Positions 50,535 to 61,506 are shown, counted from the stretch's first letter. The stretch: 64,000 nt of DNA from Polyangiaceae bacterium (GCA_033763455.1 JANRKO010000006.1:192001-256000); one strand, 5' to 3'. The notes: generated from the letters alone by a model not told the origin. Numbers and translations are program-made.

Positions 50535-53518
50535 AATCGCTTCTTCATAATCTCCCCATGTTTCGGCTCGTCCTAGCCACCCTTGCCTGCGGGGCGGTGA
50601 ACCTTAGCTGCACAGATAATGCGGCGGATGTTCCTCTGCGGTCGCTGCAGGCAGCTGGTGCGGTGTCATTCTTGTGTGTGGGGCCCGATGGTGCAGGCCG
50701 TGAAATGCGGGAGTGTCCTGATCGAACGAGCCCCTCTATCAGTCAAAATAGAATTTTCGGTTTAGTTACCCAAACGCTCACAGGTGAGGTTGCGGTCATC
50801 GACGTTACGCGCGGTGGCGTTGTAGACGTGAACCCATCGGTTCCAGGTTTCTCGTTCCTGCCGGTCGGCGCAAGTCCAACGGACATTGTTTCCACGCCCG
50901 ACGGGCGCGCAAGCTTTGTGGGCGTAGCCGAACCAGGGCGCGAAGGCATCTACTCTCTGCCAACCACCTGTATCGGCGCGGCGACGGACGTTTCCCAATT
51001 CCCCGCGTGCGCATTGCCCTCTCGGCCGAGCAAGCTTTTGATCGTAACGGAGCCCGCGCGCCCTGACGGGAGCATCCGTCGTAGTTGTCTCAGTACAGAA
51101 GCTCAACCAGCAACTCCTGTGGCCGCATCTCGGCAAGCGTGTTCAGCCGATGTCACCCAGGGGACCTATCCATTTGCAGGGCGCCGGAAGCTTTTGGTGC
51201 TGTTGCCCGAACAAGGGGCGATGGCGGTTCTCGACGCCCAAGCCGTTTTGGATCGCGAGCTCGGTTCCTATTCTCCGTGCGAAATTGAGGCCTGGGTCCC
51301 GCTGAAGGCGGAGCGTCCAGCCGGTGGGGCCGAGCAAACGCTGCCAGCCGATTTGGTCAGTGCTACCCAAACAAGCACCGTTCGCCGCTACGAGCTTCCA
51401 GGCACGGGTTTTGTGTCTCGCCCATCAGACGCGGCTCTGGTCGACACCACTCTTTATGTGGCCGATCGTGGAGCGCCCGTGATCCACCGCCTGGACGTAA
51501 GCGATCCTTGCAATCCGGTAGAGCAGTCTCCGCTTCTGCCCACATCCATGCGCCGCCCAGAACGGGTTGTGACAACAGCCAAGATTGCCGTAAGCCCTCT
51601 CACCGCCAATCTCGAACGGTTCCTTTATGCCATCGACGACCAGGACGAGCCGGCCGCAAGCGTGATGGTCTTCGATGTGAGCGCCAAAGCCACACAGGTT
51701 ACGCCTCTGGTGCGGCCTGGTGCGCCGCGCATGCCTCTAGAAGATGCCGATCGCATCAGCTTCACGGCGCCAGCAACGGACATCGTGTTCGCCAATCACG
51801 ATGTTCCGATTACGGATGAGGACACGAGCATCGGCGTGTGGGGCACACGTTGCGATCCGAATCCAGATCTTTCCCAACAGAGCGCCGCGGTCAAATACCG
51901 TCCTTCCTCCAATCTGCGCTCGGGCGCAGGGCCCACCCCTCTGAGAGGCACGTTTGGCTTCGTTCTGCTTTCGACTGGGCAGGTCGCCGTGCTCGATGTG
52001 GACGACGCAGACGCGGCTTGCAGGCGCCCTTTCGAAACAGAAAAGTCTGCCGTCGAGAACTTTCGTGGGTGCAAGAACGATCCCGCCGATCTGCCGGACT
52101 ATCTTACACAGAACTTCGCCGCTGACGGTGCGTTCACGGTGACGAACGAGGTAAGCTGCCATGTGGTGGAGCGCCACCGGGTTCGTTCCGCGCAGACCAT
52201 CGTGAACCGCAGTGACGTCGGCGTGAGAGCCCCAGCGCTCAATCAATTCCCGGTGTTAAGCCGCTTTGGAACCCGCCTCTCCAACAATCAGACGGAGCAA
52301 GGGCGACAGCACCCCAGGCTTTTACCGGTTGACCTCGCGCCGGGCACAGACCCAAACGGCTGCGTGGGCGGCGCGTGTGCACAGGTGTTCGTGAACACCA
52401 CTCTTCTGTCGAGCGATCGCAACGCGGCGAATCTCTTGGATCTCAATCCGAACACCGCAGAACGCAACGCGCTCACGCTTCCCTTTAACCAGCCCCGCAG
52501 CTTTCCATATTCGGACAACGTCAGCCTGGCCTTTGAAGGAGCGCTCGCGGCGCGCGGCACCACCGGACGGCTCAACCAAGCACCCGGAAGTTTGCGTATA
52601 ATGCGCGATGAAAATGCGCTTTTTTGCGACCAAGGGGTGCAGAGCCAAGCACTCCTTACTGAGCTCGGCGCTGAGAAATTCGGTCTCAAGGGAAACGCCC
52701 TAGCTGCCTTCGCGGTTCGGCATGCGGACTACGTCCAGCTGACATCCGAGGTGCCATCAGCTGTGGATCCGTACTGGCAAAGCGCGGCCGCGGACAGTTG
52801 CAGCTACAACATGTGTCGCGAGTATTTTGGAGCGGCCAACAGTCAAGATCTTGAGCCCACTCGTGATTTTCGAGTGGAACAAGCGTACCAAGATGAGCTG
52901 AGCGTGGTGGCGCGAGGTGCCGACGCAGCGGGCGCATCCGCGATGGCAACGTGCTGTTTTCCAGGCCTTGTGTCCTACGTGGTACGCGGTGGCAACCAAT
53001 GGGTGCTTACCGGTTCAAGCTCGGGCCAGCGCCATCGCGTGAAAGCAGAGAGATCCAACGATGGTAAGTTCGTCTGCGCGCTGGATCACGACCCGAGCAA
53101 GGTTTTTTTCGAAGGCCGCGCTTTTGAGATCTCGTGCGATGCTTCGGCGATGAGTGCTTCGGGCCCAGGCTGTGCGGTGGGCGCGGCCCAACCGGAGGAT
53201 GTTGTGTGCAGGAGCGCCCCTGGGCCTGTGCCAGCGGACAGTCCGTGCGTTTTCAACGGGCTCACTGCCCGGTTTGCGGTCTATCGAGGCGGCGAAAAGA
53301 GCACGCGGGACATGCTCTTTTCTTGGCGGACGATCGGAGGCTTCTCTCCCATGTTGCTAAATTTTGGCGGCCTGGAAGCAAGTTCCGGCCGGGTTTCTCC
53401 GGTGGCTCTGGAACACTTACCGGAGCTTGGCCAGTTGGGTATCGTCGACGGAAGCACGCTAGGCCTTTCCTTCATCGACCTCGTGACTCCCGTGGGCCGC
53501 TCGGTTTCCTTCTACTGA
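50531..53518 (+). CDS. Large Cys-rich beta-propeller-like lipoprotein
   Basis: ATGA overlap with the upstream gene; lipobox NLSC; GEVAVIDV, PVGASPTDIVSTPDG, LYVAD, GQVAVLDV blade-like motifs. Confidence 0.7.
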   Translation: MKSLLHNLPMFRLVLATLACGAVNLSCTDNAADVPLRSLQAAGAVSFLCVGPDGAGREMRECPDRTSPSISQNRIFGLVTQTLTGEVAVIDVTRGGVVDVNPSVPGFSFLPVGASPTDIVSTPDGRASFVGVAEPGREGIYSLPTTCIGAATDVSQFPACALPSRPSKLLIVTEPARPDGSIRRSCLSTEAQPATPVAASRQACSADVTQGTYPFAGRRKLLVLLPEQGAMAVLDAQAVLDRELGSYSPCEIEAWVPLKAERPAGGAEQTLPADLVSATQTSTVRRYELPGTGFVSRPSDAALVDTTLYVADRGAPVIHRLDVSDPCNPVEQSPLLPTSMRRPERVVTTAKIAVSPLTANLERFLYAIDDQDEPAASVMVFDVSAKATQVTPLVRPGAPRMPLEDADRISFTAPATDIVFANHDVPITDEDTSIGVWGTRCDPNPDLSQQSAAVKYRPSSNLRSGAGPTPLRGTFGFVLLSTGQVAVLDVDDADAACRRPFETEKSAVENFRGCKNDPADLPDYLTQNFAADGAFTVTNEVSCHVVERHRVRSAQTIVNRSDVGVRAPALNQFPVLSRFGTRLSNNQTEQGRQHPRLLPVDLAPGTDPNGCVGGACAQVFVNTTLLSSDRNAANLLDLNPNTAERNALTLPFNQPRSFPYSDNVSLAFEGALAARGTTGRLNQAPGSLRIMRDENALFCDQGVQSQALLTELGAEKFGLKGNALAAFAVRHADYVQLTSEVPSAVDPYWQSAAADSCSYNMCREYFGAANSQDLEPTRDFRVEQAYQDELSVVARGADAAGASAMATCCFPGLVSYVVRGGNQWVLTGSSSGQRHRVKAERSNDGKFVCALDHDPSKVFFEGRAFEISCDASAMSASGPGCAVGAAQPEDVVCRSAPGPVPADSPCVFNGLTARFAVYRGGEKSTRDMLFSWRTIGGFSPMLLNFGGLEASSGRVSPVALEHLPELGQLGIVDGSTLGLSFIDLVTPVGRSVSFY

Positions 53519-53561
53519 GCGCCAGCTACCTTTGTTGGCCTGTTCTTGCTAGGCAAAGGAA

Positions 53562-56144
53562 GTGGCAGGGCCGAATACCCCGGTGATGCAGCAGCATGCG
53601 GAGGCGAAGAATGCCTATCCGGATGCTTTAATATTTTTCCGCTTGGGTGATTTTTACGAGATGTTCGGGGACGACGCCGTCCTGGGCGCCCGGCTTTTGG
53701 ATCTCACGCTCACCAGCCGCAATAAGGGCAAGCCCGACGAAATTCCCATGGCGGGTGTCCCGTACCACGCCGCCCACAACTACATCGGCAGGCTCCTCGC
53801 TAAAGGCTGCAAGGTCGCGATTTGCGAGCAAATGGCCGATCCTTCGACCGTGAAAGGGATTGTTCCGCGCCAAGTGGTGCGAGTGATCACGCCCGGTACG
53901 GTCACCTCTGAGGAGCACCTGAGCCCCAACACCAACAATTGGCTTTGTGCAGTGGAGGTAGCGCCGAGTGGGATCGGGCTTGCGCTGCTCGATCTCTCTA
54001 CCGGTGAACTCCGAGCCACCGAGTTGGCTGATGTTGCCCTCTTGTTAGCCGAAATCGCCCACGCTTCCCCAAGTGAAATTGTGATCGGTGGGGTTCCAGA
54101 GCAGGTCCAAGAAGCGCGCACAAGTGTACAGGCCACGTTGAGTTCGGGCGTTGTGCGCGAAGATAGCGAGCTTTCGGCGGAGGCTCAAAGTGAGCATTTG
54201 AGTGAGTTCGTGGACGAAGCGCGTGCTTTGAGTGAGCACACGCAGCGGGCAGTGGCTCGCGCGCTGCGCTTTATTCGGGAATGCCATCCGGGGCGCGCCG
54301 AATTACCCGTTCGGCGCCTGGTGCATTGGGATCCGGCGCAGTGTCTCCATCTCGACGCGCGCACCCAGATCCACCTTGAGCTCGTTCGCTCCTTATCTGG
54401 AAACGAAGAAGCCACGCTGCTGCACGTGATCGATCAAACATCCACAGCGCTTGGGGCGCGGCTCTTGCGGCGACAAATATTAGCGCCTTTGGTAGACCAC
54501 GAAAGGATCCGCCGAAGGCTCGATGGGGTCGAGTTTTTCGTGCAGAATCCCGGGCTTCGGAGTGCTCTGCGCGAATGCCTCAGTGAGGTGGCAGATTTTG
54601 AGCGTTTGGGTGTGCGCGCTTCGCTCGGAGAGGCCACCCCCCGAGATCTGGGTAAACTTCGTGATGGGCTGCTCGCCTCTGAACGCGCAGCCAACATGCT
54701 GAACGAAACACGGGATCTGATCGCCCGCGAGAGCCTGCGGTTATCGGAGAAAATCGATACTATCACAGACCTTGCTGAGCTCCTCGCAGCGGCTCTCGTG
54801 GAACGCCCGCCCACCCAAGCCAAGGAGGGAAGTGTCTTTCGCCCAGGGTACGACGCGGAGTTGGATGAGTTTGCGGATTTGAAGAAGTCCGGCGCCGAAC
54901 GCATGATCGAGCTCGAAGCGCGTTTGCGCGACGAGACCGACATTGGTACCTTGAAAGTACGTTTTACGCGCGTTTTCGGCTGGTATATCGAGGTGAGCCG
55001 CAGCCACACGGCCAAAGCTCCGAAGGCTTGGCGCCGCAAGCAGACGGTAAGCGGGGGCGAACGCTTCACCACCGAAGAGCTGGATGAGCTCGCTCATCGC
55101 ATCACCTCTGCCGAAGATCGACATCGAGAGCGCGAGCTCCTTCTCTTCTCGGCACTCGTAGCGGAGGTGGCGTCGCGGGGGCCGCGTTTGTATCAATTGG
55201 CGTCAATGGTAGCCCGGTGGGATGTGGCCGCGAGTCTCGCTGAGGTGGCACACCGCTACGATTATTGTCGCCCCCACGTGGAGAAATCAGATGGGATCGA
55301 GATCCGCGACGGCCGTCACCCAGTGGTTGAACGGTTAGCCGCTGAAGGGCGCTTTGTTCCCAACGATGTGGAGCTCAACCTCAAAGCGGAGCGGCTTTGG
55401 CTTATCACCGGCCCCAACATGGCTGGAAAAAGTACTTTCTTGCGCCAGGTGGCTCTCACGGTGATTTTGGCGCAAATGGGCAGCTTTGTTCCCGCTCGCT
55501 TTGCTCGCATTGGCCTTGTAGACCGGGTGCTTTCGCGTGTTGGTGCGAGCGACAATCTGGCCCAGGGCCAAAGCACGTTCATGGTCGAAATGACCGAAAC
55601 AGCTGAGATCCTGCGCCGAGCCTCGCAGCGGTCGCTCGTGATATTAGATGAAATTGGGCGAGGAACGAGTACTTTCGATGGGCTCGCCATCGCTTGGGCC
55701 GTGGCCGAATACCTCGATGAAGCGGCCAAGTGCCGCGCTCTTTTTGCCACCCATTATCACGAGCTTACAACGCTCGCTGAGGACTCGCGCCACATGGCCA
55801 ACTACAGCGTGAGCGCTCGCGAACAGGGCGAAGATATCGTTTTTTTGCACCGCGTGGTGGCAGGGGCAGCGAGCCGAAGTTACGGCATCGCTGTCGCCAA
55901 GTTGGCGGGGTTGCCAGAATCGGTGTTAGCTCGCGCTCGGGCACTACTCACCTCGTTTGAAGCAGGTAGCACGACGGGCAGGCGGAATAATACCGGTTCC
56001 CGTGCCCAGCTCGGGTTGTTTGAGTCGTCCCACGTATCCCGCCAGCAGCTCGAAACGTTGGAGACGCTGCGATCAGCCAACGTGGAGAACATGACCCCGC
56101 TCGATGCGCTGCAGTTCCTGGCTCGCTTGAAGGAGAAGATTTAG
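53562..56144 (+). CDS. mutS: DNA mismatch repair protein MutS
   Basis: TPVMQQH, FFRLGDFYEMF, PMAGVPYHA, GRHPVVE, ITGPNMAGKSTFLRQ, STFMVEM, LDEIGRGTST, FATHYHEL, SYGIAVAKLAG. Confidence 0.98.
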   Translation: MAGPNTPVMQQHAEAKNAYPDALIFFRLGDFYEMFGDDAVLGARLLDLTLTSRNKGKPDEIPMAGVPYHAAHNYIGRLLAKGCKVAICEQMADPSTVKGIVPRQVVRVITPGTVTSEEHLSPNTNNWLCAVEVAPSGIGLALLDLSTGELRATELADVALLLAEIAHASPSEIVIGGVPEQVQEARTSVQATLSSGVVREDSELSAEAQSEHLSEFVDEARALSEHTQRAVARALRFIRECHPGRAELPVRRLVHWDPAQCLHLDARTQIHLELVRSLSGNEEATLLHVIDQTSTALGARLLRRQILAPLVDHERIRRRLDGVEFFVQNPGLRSALRECLSEVADFERLGVRASLGEATPRDLGKLRDGLLASERAANMLNETRDLIARESLRLSEKIDTITDLAELLAAALVERPPTQAKEGSVFRPGYDAELDEFADLKKSGAERMIELEARLRDETDIGTLKVRFTRVFGWYIEVSRSHTAKAPKAWRRKQTVSGGERFTTEELDELAHRITSAEDRHRERELLLFSALVAEVASRGPRLYQLASMVARWDVAASLAEVAHRYDYCRPHVEKSDGIEIRDGRHPVVERLAAEGRFVPNDVELNLKAERLWLITGPNMAGKSTFLRQVALTVILAQMGSFVPARFARIGLVDRVLSRVGASDNLAQGQSTFMVEMTETAEILRRASQRSLVILDEIGRGTSTFDGLAIAWAVAEYLDEAAKCRALFATHYHELTTLAEDSRHMANYSVSAREQGEDIVFLHRVVAGAASRSYGIAVAKLAGLPESVLARARALLTSFEAGSTTGRRNNTGSRAQLGLFESSHVSRQQLETLETLRSANVENMTPLDALQFLARLKEKI

Positions 56145-56302
56145 CCCTTGAACCCGAGGAGCTTGCGTATTGCGAAGGCAGAACGCTTCGCGGTGATGCC
56201 TGCCTTTTGACAAAGCGTTTTGCGAGCCAGCGCGCTACCTCGCTCGAGACTTGATGCCTTCGGCGCGCGAATGTGCAGCGCCGTGGCTCGCCCTTGTGCA
56301 GA

Positions 56303-57718
56303 CTATGCGGCAAACACCTGTAACTGCGATATTACCGGGCAGGCTTGGCTAGCCAAGATTCGTAGCCGCAGCCGCCCTGTTTTGCTGGGGGGCAGCGCGA
56401 TGATGCGTTGGGCTCCGACTGTGGTTCCCCTGTGAACTTCTAACCAGTGGCCATGCCAGAAATCGATGGCGAAGGTCTCCACTCGTTGGCCTAAGGCGAT
56501 AAGCTCGGAGAGGCGCACGCCTGCGACGCGTTCCTCGGCTCCGAAATCGACGATGGCGTGCCCAGTTGTTTGTCCGTCGGGTGTGGCCCAGGCGGTGTTC
56601 TCAAGGCCATCCACCAAATGGCTACCGGGGCAGCCCGGGCGCGCGTGGTCCGTTTGCACATTCTTTCCGGCGGCGACGTCGACCGCCCTGAATGCAGCGA
56701 CGCGCGCGCGAAAATCTGCTAGCGCGGCTACGTCTTCGTTGGGCACGAGCCCCCGTCTATCGGGCGCGAGGTTCAGTAACATGTTGGCGCCTCGGCCGTA
56801 GGAAGATAACCAAAGACCGAAGAGCTCAGCGCCTGATTTGGGCTGCTCCGCGGGGTGCCAGAACCACCCCGGCCGGATGCTGACATCTACTTCAACGCCC
56901 CGCCACGCGGTGCCGTCAGGGTCGCCATGCGCGAGCCGTTCCATGTCATCGACTTTGCCAGGTAGAAATCCCTCCGGCCTCACCTTGGCCCAATTGGTAG
57001 TGCTGCATATGCCGCGCTCATTGCCACACCAGCGTATATCTGGCCCAGCATCTGAGAATAGGACGGCGTTAGGCTGTAGGCGTCGGCAGTTTTCCCAAAG
57101 CTCGCCGAAGCGATAGTATGTGGAATTGTCGATCGTTCGGGACTCTTGCGCGCCACCGTACCAGCCATCCCCACCATTGGCTCCATCGAACCAGAACTCA
57201 AATAACTCGCCATAACGTGTCATGAGTTCTGCGACTTGCGCGTGGTACACGTCCACGTACGCTGCGGTGCCGTAGGCCGGATGATTGCGATCCCAGGGAG
57301 AACAATAAAGGCCCAGGCTGATGCCGCCCGCTTTGCAGGCTCGTGCCAATTCTCCCACGAGATCGCCCTTACCGCCGCGCCAGGGTGAGGCACTGATATT
57401 GTGGGGAGTGGTGGAAGTGGGCCACAGGCAGAAACCATCGTGGTGTTTGGCGGTGAAGATCAGACCCCTGAGCCCTCCGGCTTTTGCGGCCGCCACCCAT
57501 TGGTTAGCATCAAGCTCGCTTGGACTGAAAGCCGCGGGTTGCTCATCGCCAAAGCCCCATTCGCGATCAGTGAATGTATTGATCGTAAAGTGCACGAAGC
57601 CGTAGAGCCCTCGGCTGTGCGCTGCGAGCTGGCGCGGGCTGGGGATAGCGCCAAAGGGCGCCGGCAGCGCTGAGGAGAGTTCTGGAGGGGTGAGGGCTTT
57701 GCTGGGCTCAGGATTCAT
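56303..57718 (-). CDS. Alpha-L-fucosidase (GH29) with C-terminal F5/8 type C-like domain
   Basis: FVHFTINTF, TAKHHDGFCLWP, YCSPWDRN, FWFDGANG, DVSIRPGWFWH, LLNLAPDRRG. Confidence 0.93.
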   Translation of the reverse strand: MNPEPSKALTPPELSSALPAPFGAIPSPRQLAAHSRGLYGFVHFTINTFTDREWGFGDEQPAAFSPSELDANQWVAAAKAGGLRGLIFTAKHHDGFCLWPTSTTPHNISASPWRGGKGDLVGELARACKAGGISLGLYCSPWDRNHPAYGTAAYVDVYHAQVAELMTRYGELFEFWFDGANGGDGWYGGAQESRTIDNSTYYRFGELWENCRRLQPNAVLFSDAGPDIRWCGNERGICSTTNWAKVRPEGFLPGKVDDMERLAHGDPDGTAWRGVEVDVSIRPGWFWHPAEQPKSGAELFGLWLSSYGRGANMLLNLAPDRRGLVPNEDVAALADFRARVAAFRAVDVAAGKNVQTDHARPGCPGSHLVDGLENTAWATPDGQTTGHAIVDFGAEERVAGVRLSELIALGQRVETFAIDFWHGHWLEVHRGTTVGAQRIIALPPSKTGRLRLRILASQACPVISQLQVFAA

Positions 57719-57790
57719 CGCGGTGCGCGTTATACACAGTTGCGCTTAGCGTGGTATTTGCAGGTAAGCTAGCTCGGTTTGAGTAGCGGA

Positions 57791-57812
57791 TACTTGTCAT
57801 GCTAAGTACCTC
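57791..57812 (-). repeat. Dispersed dyad element, copy B, in a divergent promoter region
   Basis: TACTTGTCATGCTAAGTACCTC, the exact reverse complement of 8252-8273. Confidence 0.85.
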
Positions 57813-57932
57813 AGTCGCAAGAGAAAGCGCCCAAGCAAGGGCTAGAACCGTAAGCTTCCCTCGCACGCCCTTACTGCTACTTCGGCGCGAAGCACGAACA
57901 GGTTTCACTCATTCGCTACCCGTGAGGGCACT

Positions 57933-58637
57933 GTGCTGCACGCCGAAGGACTGAGAAAACAATACGGCGAGGTAGTGGCACTTCACGGGCTGGACCTCAT
58001 GGTGAAGGAAGGCGAGCTCTTCTGTTTGCTAGGGGCCAACGGGGCTGGAAAAACCACGACAATACAGCTCTTTTTGGGCTTCATCCGTCCCAGCGCGGGT
58101 GCCGCTCGGATCGCTGGGCTGAACGTTGTGGAGCACCCACTCCAAACCAAGGCGTTGCTCGCGTACATACCCGAAAACGTAATGCTCTATCCGAACCTTA
58201 CGGGTTTGGAGAATCTGCGCTTTTTTACGACGCTTGCCGGCAAAGGCGAGCTCCAGGATACCGAGCTCTTGAGCATGCTGAGCCGCGTGGGGTTAGCCGC
58301 CGAAGCGGTGAATCGTCGCGTGGGCACCTACTCGAAGGGAATGCGCCAAAAGGTAGGGATCGCGATGGCAATGGCAAAAAATGCCAAAGCGCTCCTGCTC
58401 GACGAGCCCACGAGTGGCCTCGATCCGAAAGCCTCCAACGAGTTCTCCGCTTTGTTGCGCCGGCTGCGGGATGACGGCGTTGCTATCTTGATGGCTACGC
58501 ACGACATCTTTCGTTCCAAGCAAGATGGTGACCGCGTAGGCATCATGAAGGAGGGGCGCTTGGTAGCAATCCACACCACGAGCGAGCTAAGTCACGCGGA
58601 TTTGGAGCGCGTCTATCTCGATCATATGCACCATTAA
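57933..58637 (+). CDS. ABC transporter ATP-binding protein
   Basis: GANGAGKTT, YSKGMRQK, LLLDEPTSGLDP, ATHD. Confidence 0.95.
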   Translation: MLHAEGLRKQYGEVVALHGLDLMVKEGELFCLLGANGAGKTTTIQLFLGFIRPSAGAARIAGLNVVEHPLQTKALLAYIPENVMLYPNLTGLENLRFFTTLAGKGELQDTELLSMLSRVGLAAEAVNRRVGTYSKGMRQKVGIAMAMAKNAKALLLDEPTSGLDPKASNEFSALLRRLRDDGVAILMATHDIFRSKQDGDRVGIMKEGRLVAIHTTSELSHADLERVYLDHMHH

Positions 58638-60097
58638 TGGCGGAAGTGAACCCGAGGCGCTCGCGCCACTCTATGCTTGGTACGTTGATTCAGAAGGAGT
58701 TGCGCGAGATCTCGCGCAACGGCAGTCTGCGAATCGTTGGCGTTGCGGTGTTCGGCCTTCTTTTGGTGACGCTTGGGCTTGGCCTTCGGGAAGCTCGTGC
58801 CGTGCGCGCTGAGCGCTACGCCGCACAAAAGGTCGCGGACGGCCACTTTCGCACGCAAGACGACAAGAATCCCCACGTTGCGGCCCACTATGGTACTTAC
58901 GTGTTCAAGCCCGCTGGGGCTCTTTCCTTTGTGAACCCTGGCGTTGATGCCTTCGTGGGTGTGTCGCTAAAGCTTGAGGCGCACAAGCGCAACAGACTGG
59001 AAGGCGCGCGCGCCCGCGACGGTACTGCTCTCGCGCGGTTCAGTCGCCTAAGTGTAGCCTCGGTGTTGGAGTTGCTCGTGCCCATCTTGGTCGTTGCAAT
59101 GGGGTTCGCCGCGTGGACCGCCGAGCGCGAACGGGGCACGTTGCGCCAACTGAAGAGCCTGGGCGTTGAGCCTCGGTCGCTGTTAGTGGGCAAGCTCCTC
59201 GGACTGCTTTTGGCGCTGGCCGCTTTGCTGATCCCTGCGTTCGCCCTGTGCGTCGTCGGTGTTTCAGTGTTCGGAGGCGCGCTCGAAGTGGGCGGTTGGG
59301 GGCGCCTGTTCGCGCTCGTCTTGGTTTACGGAAGCTACGTTGTTTTGTGGGCAAATCTCACGCTCTGGGCCTCAGCCCGCGCCAAATCGTCGCGAGGAGC
59401 CCTCGTGACGTTGCTGGGGATTTGGGTTAGCGTTAGCCTGATAGTGCCTCGTGTGGCCACTGATATCGCGATGGTGCTTTCGCGTGTTCCGTCGGAGGCT
59501 GTCTTGTCGGCGCGCGTGAAGGCGAGCTTGAACGAAGGTGTGCCGGGTGGCACTGCTCGCGAAGCGCGTGTGAATGAATTCTCCGAGAAGCTGCTCTTGC
59601 AGTATGGGTTCAAGGGGGCTGAAACGCTAATGGATGCGTCTCTGTTGAACGGCTTAGAGTTGCAGGCCGAAGCGTTGTTCGAGAACGAAGTGTTAGATCA
59701 CCACTACGCAGAACTCGGTGCTGCTCTCGATCGCCAAGAGCGCTTGGAGCAAGTGTTGGGAGTTCTCTCGCCGGTGATCGTAGCCAGATCTCTTTCCATG
59801 GCGCTGGCCGGCACTGACGCCGCTCATCACCGTCAGTTTTCCGATCGCGCCGAAATTCACCGTCGAGCCCTGGTGGATCTGCTCAATCGCGAGTTCGCGG
59901 AGAAGGGGGGCACTCGGGGTTTCGACTACAAAGCGGGCAAAGAGCTCTGGGAAAAGGCTCCCAAGTTCGCCTATTCGCCGCCAGCGTTGCAGTGGGTGCT
60001 CGGACGCCAATTCCCCAGCTTGGTCTTGCTGGTGTGCTGGCTCGTGGTTTCTGCGCTTTTGGCATACCGGGCAGTAGCTCGGCTTGAGGTAGCGTGA
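58637..60097 (+). CDS. ABC-2 type permease, DUF3526-like
   Basis: KNPHVAAHYGTYVFKP, FVGVSLKLEAHKRN, ERERGTLRQL, SMALAGTD..HHRQF...AE.HRR. Confidence 0.82.
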   Translation: MAEVNPRRSRHSMLGTLIQKELREISRNGSLRIVGVAVFGLLLVTLGLGLREARAVRAERYAAQKVADGHFRTQDDKNPHVAAHYGTYVFKPAGALSFVNPGVDAFVGVSLKLEAHKRNRLEGARARDGTALARFSRLSVASVLELLVPILVVAMGFAAWTAERERGTLRQLKSLGVEPRSLLVGKLLGLLLALAALLIPAFALCVVGVSVFGGALEVGGWGRLFALVLVYGSYVVLWANLTLWASARAKSSRGALVTLLGIWVSVSLIVPRVATDIAMVLSRVPSEAVLSARVKASLNEGVPGGTAREARVNEFSEKLLLQYGFKGAETLMDASLLNGLELQAEALFENEVLDHHYAELGAALDRQERLEQVLGVLSPVIVARSLSMALAGTDAAHHRQFSDRAEIHRRALVDLLNREFAEKGGTRGFDYKAGKELWEKAPKFAYSPPALQWVLGRQFPSLVLLVCWLVVSALLAYRAVARLEVA

Positions 60098-61506
60098 TGT
60101 TTTGGACCGTTTTTGCCATCGAGCGTCGCAACCTCCTGCGGGATCGCGCGGTTTGGGCAGTATTGCTTGGTTTTTCGATCTTGGTTGCCTACGCGGCGCT
60201 TGGCGGAGCGAGCTACGCTCGGGCCGAGCGCGAGCAGATAAGGGTGACGAAGTTGGAAGAGGAGGCTCGCTTCAAAGCACTTCGGCAAGAGGTCATCGCC
60301 ATTCAGAACGGGGCGCCCGTGCAGCACTCGAAAGATCCACGCCAACCTTCAATCGTTGGCCGAGAGCTTGGTCGTCAGGCATTGTCGTTGCCGGAAAGTC
60401 CCTTGGGCGCCATGAGCGTAGGCCAGCGCGATCTCTTGCCCCACACCGTTTGGGTAACGACCGAAGCTCGGCTCGCTGACACCGGGCAGGAAGACGTAGG
60501 GAGTCTGAGCCGCAAGGTTAGTGGCGTGTTTGACCTGGCTTTCGTCCTGGTTTTTCTGCTGCCCTTGGTGGTGGTGGTCCTGTCGTTCGATTTGCTGGCC
60601 CAAGAGCGGGAGCGGGGCACCTTGGCGCTGGTCCTGTCTCAGCCAGTGAGTCTTGCTGCGTTTGTCGGAGCGAAAGCGGCTCTGCGTGGAGCAGTCCTTC
60701 TTTTGGTGTTGCTATTCGCGGCTTTGATCGTGCCCTTCGTCTTTGGCGGTGGTCTTGGCGGAGAAGGGGCTCCTGGCCTCATCGCGCTCTACCTGGCGCT
60801 GCTCGTGCTTTACACGGCGTTCTGGTTTTGCCTGGCCTTGTGCGTAAACGCTTATGGCACGTCGTCGGCGGGCAACGCGCTGTCATTGATGAGCCTCTGG
60901 TTGGTGCTAGTGGTCGTAGTGCCCGGGCTTGCGAGCGTGGCGGTGGACGCATTGTATCCGTCCCCATCCCGGGTCGAGCTCGTCAACCGCACCCGCGAAG
61001 TTGCTCGCGAAGTTGAAGCTCAGATGAGCGCTGTCGAGGGAGATCACGGAGCGCCAGGAGAGTCCGCCGTGGCGAGTGCGCAACGTGGAGCCCGCATCCA
61101 AAGGGAGCTTGAGTCTCGGGTTCAACCCGTCTTAGACGCGTTTGCCACGCAGCTCGCTCGGCAACAGGCTTTGGTAGATCGTCTGCGCTTCCTTTCGCCT
61201 GCGATCATCGCCTACGAGGGGCTGAACGACGTTGCGGGCAGCGGGGTCACGCGCCACCAGCACTTCTCACGTGCGGTTGCAGACTACCACACCGAATACA
61301 AGAAGTTTTTCTTCGAGCGCATCGCACTCAATCGCAAGCTTGGCTCGGAGGATTACGACCACATGCCACGCTTCCAGTATCGCGAAGCTCCTGTCGCCGA
61401 GCTTCTGCAATCGGTTGGCCTAGGGCTACTTGGCTTGCTCGTCCCGTCGTTGGCGCTACTGCTCGCGGCTTTTGCCGGTTTTCGCCGCGATTTCACTAGC
61501 GGATAG
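60094..61506 (+). CDS. ABC-2 type permease, DUF3526-like (second paralogue)
   Basis: SVGQRDLLP, GVFDLAFVLVFLLPL, ERERGTLAL, PSPSR, LSPA...LNDVAGSG..RHQHF. Confidence 0.82.
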   Translation: MMFWTVFAIERRNLLRDRAVWAVLLGFSILVAYAALGGASYARAEREQIRVTKLEEEARFKALRQEVIAIQNGAPVQHSKDPRQPSIVGRELGRQALSLPESPLGAMSVGQRDLLPHTVWVTTEARLADTGQEDVGSLSRKVSGVFDLAFVLVFLLPLVVVVLSFDLLAQERERGTLALVLSQPVSLAAFVGAKAALRGAVLLLVLLFAALIVPFVFGGGLGGEGAPGLIALYLALLVLYTAFWFCLALCVNAYGTSSAGNALSLMSLWLVLVVVVPGLASVAVDALYPSPSRVELVNRTREVAREVEAQMSAVEGDHGAPGESAVASAQRGARIQRELESRVQPVLDAFATQLARQQALVDRLRFLSPAIIAYEGLNDVAGSGVTRHQHFSRAVADYHTEYKKFFFERIALNRKLGSEDYDHMPRFQYREAPVAELLQSVGLGLLGLLVPSLALLLAAFAGFRRDFTSG

